Origin: Candidatus Eiseniibacteriota bacterium
GTDB taxonomy: Bacteria; Eisenbacteria; RBG-16-71-46
Length of the DNA stretch: 11,512 nucleotides
Assembly (NCBI GenBank): GCA_031366795.1
Contig: JANLOX010000425.1
Coordinates: 1 to 11,512 of the forward strand
Reading direction: 5' to 3'
The notes below the pieces were generated by a model. It was not told the DNA's origin and ran no database searches. It worked only from the letters and a program-made list of their open reading frames with translations. Every line of letters starts with the position of its first letter. Position 1 is the stretch's first letter. The position numbers and the translations under genes are program-made. This document shows positions 1 through 6,615 of the stretch, piece after piece.

Positions 1-1828
1 TGGAATCGTCGGCTACGTCGGACACCGTTCGTGTCTGCCCATTCTGATTGAAGGACTCAAGCGCCTCGAATACCGGGGCTACGACTCGGCGGGCATCGCG
101 ATCTCCGAGAACGGCAAGATCAAGGTGGTCAAGGCCGCGGGCAAGATCCGCCAACTCGAAGCGCGGCTGGTGGGTCACACGCCCGAAGGCACCGCCGGGA
201 TCGCGCATACGCGCTGGGCCACGCATGGCGAACCGAACGATCTCAATGCGCACCCGCACACCGACGCCAGCGGGCGCGTTGTGCTCGTGCACAACGGCAT
301 CATCGAGAACTACGGCGTGTTGAAGAGCGCGCTCCAAGCCGAGGGCCACGTCTTCAAGACGCAGACCGATACTGAGGTGCTCGCGCACCTGGTCGGCAAG
401 TACATCGATCGCGGGCTCAAGCTCGAGCGCGCGGTGGGCGAGGCGCTGGCCGACGTCGAAGGGACGTACGGTATCGCGGTGATGAGCGAGACTGAGCCCG
501 GCACTGTCGTCGGCGCGCGCAAGGGCAGTCCGCTGGTCGTGGGAATTTCCGACGGCGAATACTACCTGGGATCCGATGTGTCACCGATCGTCGAACACAC
601 GCGCCAGGTGGTCTATCTCGATGACGGCGAGATGGCCGTGTTGACGCCCGACGGCTTCCACACCGCGACGATCCGCCACGAGCGTGTCGAGAAGGCGGTG
701 CACGAAGTCGACTGGGATCTCGGGCAGATCGAGAAGGGCGGCTTCTCGCACTTCATGCTCAAGGAAATATTCGAGCAGCCGGACGCCGTGCGCAATTCAA
801 TGCGCGGGCGCCTGAACATCGAAGAGGGCGTGGCGCGCCTCGGCGGCCTTAACATGAAGCCGAGCGAATTGCGCGACGTGAAGCGCGTCATCATTCTTGG
901 TTGCGGCACCTCGTGGCACGCCGGTTTGATCGGCGAGTACATGATCGAGGAGCACGCGCGGATTCCCGTCGAGGTCGAGTATGCCTCGGAGTTCCGCTAC
1001 CGCAATCCGCTGGTCGACGCGGGCACGCTGGTCATCGTGATCTCGCAGTCGGGCGAAACCGCCGACACGCTGGCGGCCATGCGCGAAGCCCAGCGCAAGG
1101 GCGCGCGCGCGATCGGCGTCGTCAATGTCGTCGGTTCCACAATCGCGCGCGAGTCGAATGGCGGCGTCTATATCCACGCCGGTCCTGAAATCGGCGTCGC
1201 CTCGACCAAGGCGTTCACCTGCCAGGCGTCGGTGCTGGCACTCTTGATGTTGGCGTTGGGCCGCCAGCGCGAGATGTCGCGCGAGACGGGTATTCGCGTG
1301 GCGCGCGAACTCGCGTCGCTCCCCGAGAAGATCGAGACGATCGTCCAGCGCAGTGACGCGGTGCGGCGGATCGCCGAGCAGTACCGGCACCACAACAACT
1401 TCCTGTACCTGGGACGCGGCTTCCAGTGGCCGGTGGCGCTCGAAGGCGCCTTGAAGCTCAAGGAAATTACGTACATTCACGCCGAGGGTTATCCCGCGGC
1501 CGAGATGAAGCACGGTCCGATTGCGCTGATCGACGAGAACATGCCGGTCGTGTTCATCTGCACGCGCGACAGCGCGTATGACAAGGTGATGAGCAACATG
1601 ATGGAAGTGCGGGCGCGCAAGGGCCGCATCATCGCCATCGCCACCGAGGGCGACACCGAAGTCGTCGAGAAGGCCGATCACGTGATCTATGTGCCGCAGA
1701 CGGATCCGTGCCTGCAGCCGATCCTGTCGGTGGTGCCGCTGCAGTTGCTGGCTTACCACATCGCCGTGCTGCGAGGCTGTGACGTCGATCAGCCGCGCAA
1801 CCTGGCCAAGAGCGTCACCGTCGAATAG
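1..1828 (+). CDS. glmS: Glutamine--fructose-6-phosphate aminotransferase (isomerizing), 5'-partial
   Basis: The frame from base 2 reads GIVGYVG..LEYRGYDSAGI, so the true start (M-C) lies just upstream of the window and not at 125. It has AHTRWATHG, HNGIIENY, SQSGETADT, GPEIGVASTKAF, EGALKLKE, EMKHGP and the C-terminal PRNLAKSVTVE; stop TAG 1826-1828. Confidence 0.98.
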   Translation, partial: GIVGYVGHRSCLPILIEGLKRLEYRGYDSAGIAISENGKIKVVKAAGKIRQLEARLVGHTPEGTAGIAHTRWATHGEPNDLNAHPHTDASGRVVLVHNGIIENYGVLKSALQAEGHVFKTQTDTEVLAHLVGKYIDRGLKLERAVGEALADVEGTYGIAVMSETEPGTVVGARKGSPLVVGISDGEYYLGSDVSPIVEHTRQVVYLDDGEMAVLTPDGFHTATIRHERVEKAVHEVDWDLGQIEKGGFSHFMLKEIFEQPDAVRNSMRGRLNIEEGVARLGGLNMKPSELRDVKRVIILGCGTSWHAGLIGEYMIEEHARIPVEVEYASEFRYRNPLVDAGTLVIVISQSGETADTLAAMREAQRKGARAIGVVNVVGSTIARESNGGVYIHAGPEIGVASTKAFTCQASVLALLMLALGRQREMSRETGIRVARELASLPEKIETIVQRSDAVRRIAEQYRHHNNFLYLGRGFQWPVALEGALKLKEITYIHAEGYPAAEMKHGPIALIDENMPVVFICTRDSAYDKVMSNMMEVRARKGRIIAIATEGDTEVVEKADHVIYVPQTDPCLQPILSVVPLQLLAYHIAVLRGCDVDQPRNLAKSVTVE

Positions 1829-1832
1829 TTCC

Positions 1833-1843
1833 AGGAGGAGGAG
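1833..1843 (+). promoter_or_regulatory. Strong Shine-Dalgarno sequence for ridA
   Basis: AGGAGGAGGAG ends 6 nt before the GTG at 1850. Confidence 0.8.
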
Positions 1844-1849
1844 CATAAC

Positions 1850-2251
1850 GTGAAGACCAGCCTGAATGTCGCGGACGCACCGAAGGCCGTGGGCCCTTAC
1901 AGTCATGCGCAGGTGGTGCGGCTGCACGGCGGGAATCGTATGGTCTTCACGTCGGGGCAGGTCGCGCTCGACCCGGTGAGCGGCAAGCTCAACGGATCGA
2001 CGGTCGCGGCGCAAACCGAGCAGGTGTTCACCAACCTCACCGCCGTGCTGCGCGGCGCCGGATTGACACTCGCCGACGTCGTCAAGACGACGGTGTTCCT
2101 GATCGACATGAAGGACTTCGCCGAGATGAACGAAGTCTATGCGAAGCACTTCCCGGACGCCCCTCCGGCGCGCTCCACGGTGGCGGTCGCCGGCCTGCCG
2201 AAGGACGCGCGGGTCGAGATCGAAGCCGTCGCCGTCGGCCGCGACCATTGA
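1850..2251 (+). CDS. ridA: RidA/YjgF/UK114 family reactive imine/enamine deaminase
   Basis: 133 aa with APKAVGPYSHA, FTSGQ, VVKTTVFL..M.DFAEMNEVY, PPARSTVAVAGLP and VEIEA. The catalytic Arg (in PARS) is present. GTG start with a strong SD. Confidence 0.93.
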   Translation: MKTSLNVADAPKAVGPYSHAQVVRLHGGNRMVFTSGQVALDPVSGKLNGSTVAAQTEQVFTNLTAVLRGAGLTLADVVKTTVFLIDMKDFAEMNEVYAKHFPDAPPARSTVAVAGLPKDARVEIEAVAVGRDH

Positions 2252-3312
2252 GCGCCAAGGCATCGCTGCGGGTGCCGATCCGGCTCACGTCCGCGGTTGA
2301 GTGCGCCGGTTGCGCCGCGAAGCTCGGCCCCGCGGACCTGCGCGCGGCTCTCAAGAAGGTGCCCAAGGGCAAGCGCGATCCGCGTGTGCTGGTGGACTCC
2401 TCGACGCTCGACGACGCCGGTGTCTTCGCCTTCGGCAAGGGCACCGCACTCGTGCAGACCGTCGACTTCTTCACGCCCATCCTCGACAAACCCTTCGACT
2501 TCGGCCGCGCTGCCGCCGCCAACGCGCTGTCGGATGTGTACGCGATGGGCGGCAAGCCGCTGACCGCACTCGGCATCGTCGGCTTCCCGGATGAGTTGCT
2601 GCCGCTCGAGACGCTCGGCGAAATCCTGCGCGGGGGAGCCTCGATCATGCGCGAGGCGGGCGTCGCGGTGCTCGGCGGGCACTCCGTCCGCGACAAGGAA
2701 TTGAAGTTCGGCTACTCCGTCACCGGAGTCGTCGACCCCAAGCGCATGCTGACCAACGCTGGCGCGCGCGTCGGGGACCGCCTGATCCTGACCAAGCGCA
2801 TCGGTACCGGAATCCTTTCGACCGCACTCAAGCGCGGCCTGCTGTCGCCCGCCGGAGTGAAGGTGCTCACGAAGAGCATGACCACGCTCAACCGCCTCGC
2901 ATCCGAATGCGCGCTCGAATTCGGCGTGCACGCCGCGACTGATGTCACGGGCTTCAGCCTGTTGGGGCACTCGTCCCAGATGGCCGATGCCAGCAAGGTG
3001 AGCTTCCGGATTCGTCCGGAAGGGAGCTGGTTACTGGCCGGCGCTGGGGAGTTCGCCGCCGCGGGCGTGATGCCCGGCGGCCTCGCGCGCAATCGCGATT
3101 TCTACGGGTCCAAAGTCAGCGGCAGCGCGACGGACGCCGCCGTACACGCCGCGCTCTACGATCCCCAGACCTCCGGCGGCCTCCTGCTCAGCGTACCGGC
3201 CAGACGCGCGGTAGGCCTGCTGCTGGCGCTGCGCGCGAGGAAACTGCCGGCAATCGCGGTCGGCGAAGTCGTGCGCAGGGCCAAGCGCGCCGTGGAGATC
3301 GTGGCGTCGTAG
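2248..3312 (+). CDS. selD: Selenophosphate synthetase (selenide, water dikinase), Cys-containing form
   Basis: N-terminal RLT...CAGCAAKLGP (catalytic Cys TGC 2311-2313, Lys 2320-2322), DDAGV, TVDFFTP, ANALSDVYAMGG, GGHS, TDVTGF.LLGH, DPQTSGGLL. The TTG start overlaps the ridA stop (TTGA); GTG 2272 is an alternative start. Confidence 0.96.
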   Translation: MSAKASLRVPIRLTSAVECAGCAAKLGPADLRAALKKVPKGKRDPRVLVDSSTLDDAGVFAFGKGTALVQTVDFFTPILDKPFDFGRAAAANALSDVYAMGGKPLTALGIVGFPDELLPLETLGEILRGGASIMREAGVAVLGGHSVRDKELKFGYSVTGVVDPKRMLTNAGARVGDRLILTKRIGTGILSTALKRGLLSPAGVKVLTKSMTTLNRLASECALEFGVHAATDVTGFSLLGHSSQMADASKVSFRIRPEGSWLLAGAGEFAAAGVMPGGLARNRDFYGSKVSGSATDAAVHAALYDPQTSGGLLLSVPARRAVGLLLALRARKLPAIAVGEVVRRAKRAVEIVAS

Positions 3313-3325
3313 CGCGCCAAAGCGC

Positions 3326-3331
3326 TATTGT
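3326..3331 (+). promoter_or_regulatory. Possible -10 element for a selC-specific promoter
   Basis: TATTGT (TAnnnT) in the 30-nt selD-selC spacer, ending 11 nt before the tRNA 5' end. No convincing -35. Confidence 0.3.
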
Positions 3332-3342
3332 GACGGCTATGC

Positions 3343-3440
3343 GGGAGCGAATGGGATCTGGTGGTCTCCGGGGACTTCAAATCCCGCGGTCGGGCGTGTG
3401 CAACGTCCGAGGTGGGTTCGATTCCCACGCGTTCCCGCCA
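3343..3440 (+). tRNA. selC: tRNA-Sec (anticodon UCA)
   Basis: Manual fold: acceptor GGGAGCG(A) 3343-3350 / (G)CGTTCCC 3429-3436; 6-bp D stem GGGATC/GGTCTC with 4-nt TGGT loop; anticodon loop CTTCAAA 3375-3381 (TCA 3377-3379); long variable arm TCGGGCGT/ACGTCCGA; T arm GTGGG-TTCGATT-CCCAC; G discriminator 3437 and encoded CCA 3438-3440; 98 nt; directly after selD. Confidence 0.95.
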
Positions 3441-3443
3441 CTC

Positions 3444-4169
3444 TTGCGTGTGTTGCTGCTTGCGCTCGCTTGCGTGCTGCCCGTCGTCGCCAGCGCCGCG
3501 TCGGCTGCCGCGCCGCCCGCTGCAGCCGCAAAGTCTCCCGCCACGGCCACGACCGCCACGACCGTTGCAGCCCCTGCACCCCACGATTCCCTCATCGTCT
3601 TCGGCCACGACTCGACGGATGTCCGCTCCGCCGCCGACTCCCTCGCATTCGCCGACGAACCCGACACCCTGACGCAGCGCGCGCTCGCTCACGCGGACAG
3701 CGCCGACGCCGATACCTCGAAGGCTCGCCGTACGCCACCGCCGGAATTCAAGGGCTTCGAAGCGCCCCACTGGGTGATGCTGCGCTCCGCCGCGGTGCCG
3801 GGGTGGGGGCAGTTGCACAACGGTTCGTGGAAGAAGGCGGTTGCGGTTGCGGGGCTCGAGGGATTGTTCGTTTCAAAAATCATCAACGACCAGTCCGCGC
3901 TCCGCTCGCTCAGCAGCGACATCGACGTGGCACACGCGACGGGCACTAGTGCGCAGGAAGCCGGTTTCATCACGCAGTACAACACTCGCGCGGACCGCTC
4001 GGTCGCCCATCAATGGTGGCTCGGGGCCCTGTTGGCATACTCGATGCTGGACGCGTACATTGATGCTCACTTTCGCAACTTCCACATCGACCTCGATGAC
4101 GATCCTGCACTGCCCCCGGAGCAACGGCGGGCGGCGGGCTTGAAGCTGTCCTGGCAGGAGCGCTTTTGA
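3444..4169 (+). CDS. DUF5683-like exported/membrane protein of unknown function
   Basis: [20 protein letters not shown] and [15 protein letters not shown] match the DUF5683 pattern as I recall it (RSa..PG.GQ.YN...K; DAyvDAh...F). TTG 3444 gives a signal-peptide-like [18 protein letters not shown] followed by an Ala/Pro/Thr-rich linker. The ORF-track start at 3330 runs through the tRNA, so the start is uncertain. Confidence 0.75.
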   Translation: MRVLLLALACVLPVVASAASAAAPPAAAAKSPATATTATTVAAPAPHDSLIVFGHDSTDVRSAADSLAFADEPDTLTQRALAHADSADADTSKARRTPPPEFKGFEAPHWVMLRSAAVPGWGQLHNGSWKKAVAVAGLEGLFVSKIINDQSALRSLSSDIDVAHATGTSAQEAGFITQYNTRADRSVAHQWWLGALLAYSMLDAYIDAHFRNFHIDLDDDPALPPEQRRAAGLKLSWQERF

Positions 4170-5974
4170 CCGATCCTCGATTGGCCCACATCCGGAACTT
4201 TTGCATCATCGCGCACATCGATCACGGCAAGAGCACGCTGGCGGACCGGTTGCTCGAGCTCACGCACACCCTGACGCCCCAGCAGATGAAGGCGCAGGTG
4301 CTGGACGACATGGATCTCGAGCGCGAGAAGGGCATCACCATCAAGTCGCATGCGATCGCGATGGAGTACCCCGCGAGCGACGGGCACACCTACGAGTTCA
4401 ACCTGATCGACACGCCCGGGCACGTCGACTTCACCTACGAAGTCTCACGCAGCCTCGCGGCATGCGAAGGCGCCATCCTCGTGGTCGATGCCTCGCAGGG
4501 GATTGAAGCGCAGACGTTGTCGAACTTCTTCCTCGCGCGTGACCAAGGCCTCACGCTCGTGGCGGCGCTCAACAAGGTCGATCTGCCGATGGCGCGCAGC
4601 GACGAAGTCTCGCTTGAGATCGACCACCTCACGGGCATACCGATCGACAAGATCCATCGCATCAGCGCCAAGACGGGGCTGGGGGTGAAGGAACTGCTCG
4701 ACGACCTGGTGCGCGAGATTCCGCAGCCCGGGGGTGATCTCGACGCGCCGTTCCGCGCGCTGATCTTCGATTCGAAGTTCGATGCCTATCGCGGCGTCGT
4801 CACGCTGATCCGCGTGATGGACGGCCGTATCAAGGCCGGCCAGAAGATCCAGTTCTTGTCTTCGGGCAAGGAGTACGAAGTGATGGAGGTCGGGCGGCTC
4901 AGGCTCAAGCTCGACGCGCAGGATGAACTTCACGCAGGCCAGGTGGGCTACATGGTCGCAGGTGTGAGAACAGTGGCCGATGCGCGCGTCGGCGACACCA
5001 TCGGCGCCGCGGGGATCGCGGGATTGAAGCCGCTCACCGGTTTCCGCGAAGCCAAGTCGATGGTGTTCTCAGGCATTTACCCGATCGACTCCGAGCACTA
5101 CGAGCCGCTCAAGGAGGCGCTGAGCAAGCTGGTGCTCAACGACGCCGCGCTGATCTACGAGCCCGAATCCTCCGTGGCGTTGGGCTTCGGATTCCGCTGC
5201 GGCTTCCTCGGGCTGTTGCATCTCGAGATCATTCAAGAGCGCCTGCGCCGTGAATTCCAGATCGACCTGATCGCCACGACGCCGAGCGTGGAATACCACC
5301 TGCTGCTTGAGAATGGTGACCTGCTCAAGGTCGACAACCCGAGCCAGATGCCCGATGCCAACATGATCGCCACGATCGAGGAACCGTACGTGCTCGCGCA
5401 CGTGCTGACGCCGTCCGAGTATCTCGGCAATATCATGAAGCTGTGCCAGGACCGCCGCGGCATCTTCGTGAACCTCGACTACATCGAGGAGAAGCGCGCG
5501 CGCGTCGCCTACCGCTTGCCGCTCGCCGAGATCGTGCTCGACTTCTACGACCGGCTGAAGTCGGTGTCGCGTGGCTACGCCTCGCTGGACTACGAGTTCG
5601 ACGGCTATCGCGAAGCAGACGTCGTCAAGCTCGATATCCTGTTGAACGGCGATACGGTGGACGCCCTGTCCGCGATCGTGCACCGGGAGCGGGCGTACGA
5701 TTGGGGAAAGGACCTGTGCTCAAAGCTCAAGGAGCTGATCCCCAAGCAGATGTTCCAGGTCGCCATTCAGGCGGCGATCGGGGCCAAGATCGTGGCGCGC
5801 GAGACGATCGGCGCCATCCGTAAGAACGTGACAGCGAAGTGCTACGGCGGTGACATCACGCGCAAGCGCAAGCTGCTCGAGAAACAAAAAGAAGGCAAGA
5901 AGCGTATGAAACAGATAGGTACGGTCGAGGTGCCCCAAGAGGCGTTCCTCGCGGTACTCAAGGTCGAGCGATGA
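4166..5974 (+). CDS. lepA: Translation elongation factor 4 (LepA)
   Basis: [90 protein letters not shown] start overlapping the upstream stop, with SD AGGAG at 4156-4160. Confidence 0.98.
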   Translation: MTDPRLAHIRNFCIIAHIDHGKSTLADRLLELTHTLTPQQMKAQVLDDMDLEREKGITIKSHAIAMEYPASDGHTYEFNLIDTPGHVDFTYEVSRSLAACEGAILVVDASQGIEAQTLSNFFLARDQGLTLVAALNKVDLPMARSDEVSLEIDHLTGIPIDKIHRISAKTGLGVKELLDDLVREIPQPGGDLDAPFRALIFDSKFDAYRGVVTLIRVMDGRIKAGQKIQFLSSGKEYEVMEVGRLRLKLDAQDELHAGQVGYMVAGVRTVADARVGDTIGAAGIAGLKPLTGFREAKSMVFSGIYPIDSEHYEPLKEALSKLVLNDAALIYEPESSVALGFGFRCGFLGLLHLEIIQERLRREFQIDLIATTPSVEYHLLLENGDLLKVDNPSQMPDANMIATIEEPYVLAHVLTPSEYLGNIMKLCQDRRGIFVNLDYIEEKRARVAYRLPLAEIVLDFYDRLKSVSRGYASLDYEFDGYREADVVKLDILLNGDTVDALSAIVHRERAYDWGKDLCSKLKELIPKQMFQVAIQAAIGAKIVARETIGAIRKNVTAKCYGGDITRKRKLLEKQKEGKKRMKQIGTVEVPQEAFLAVLKVER

Positions 5975-6615
5975 GCGGGGGTCGAATGCCGAAGCGGTCC
6001 AAGTCCACGGTCATGGAGTACATCGAAGCGATCGTCTGGGCGCTCGTGCTCACGCTGGTGCTGCGCGCGTTCGTGATCCAGGCGTTCAGGATCCCATCCG
6101 AGTCGATGGTGCCCACGCTGCTCGTCGGCGACTTCCTGTTCGTCAACAAGTTCGAGTACGGCGCGAAGATCCCGTTCACCCACGTGCGTCTGCCGGGCCT
6201 GCGCCCGCCGCGGCGCGGCGATGTCATCGTGTTTCAGTACCCGGTCGATCCAAGCAAGGACTTCATCAAGCGATGTATCGCGACCGGAGGGCAGACCATC
6301 GAGGTGTCGTCGAAACACGTCATCGTCGACGGCGACACGCTGCGGGAGTCCTACACGCAGCATATCGATCCAGCGCTGCATCCTCATGGTTACGACGTGC
6401 GGGACTATTTCGGGCCCTACAGCGTCAAGCAGGGCGATTTGTTCATGATGGGCGACAACCGCGACAACTCCAACGACAGCCGTTTTTGGGGGCCGGTCGA
6501 CATGGATCTCGTCAAGGGCCGCGCGATGTTCATCTACTTCTCGACCGCGGGCACCAATCTGTGGGAATTCCTGCCGAAGATCCGATTCGGGCGGTTGTTC
6601 AAGGCGATTCACTGA
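5971..6615 (+). CDS. lepB: Signal peptidase I
   Basis: Single N-terminal TM segment, catalytic Ser box [12 protein letters not shown], Lys box [25 protein letters not shown] overlap with lepA. Confidence 0.96.
   Translation: MSGGRMPKRSKSTVMEYIEAIVWALVLTLVLRAFVIQAFRIPSESMVPTLLVGDFLFVNKFEYGAKIPFTHVRLPGLRPPRRGDVIVFQYPVDPSKDFIKRCIATGGQTIEVSSKHVIVDGDTLRESYTQHIDPALHPHGYDVRDYFGPYSVKQGDLFMMGDNRDNSNDSRFWGPVDMDLVKGRAMFIYFSTAGTNLWEFLPKIRFGRLFKAIH

Noticed and set aside
125..127. ORF-track start of glmS at GTG 125
   Set aside because: Conserved N-terminal GlmS sequence continues to the window edge; the essential N-terminal Cys codon ends at base 1.
797..2263. Long minus-strand ORFs (488 aa at 797-2263, also 5842-6888, 9394-10446, 2137-2970 and others)
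   Set aside because: They are antisense shadows of well-conserved plus-strand genes in high-GC DNA, with no recognisable motifs and atypical composition.
2297..2301. TGA near the SelD active site (GTTGAG) as a Sec codon
   Set aside because: It is out of frame (GTT GAG = Val-Glu); selD has no in-frame TGA.
3410..3460. Genomic island integrated at selC, a known integration hotspot
   Set aside because: There is no integrase, no duplicated tRNA 3' end and no compositional shift; housekeeping genes follow directly, so the site looks empty.
6273..6611. 113-aa N-terminal extension of HemW in the ORF track
   Set aside because: It overlaps the conserved catalytic half of lepB in another frame and is Arg-rich with no recognisable motif.
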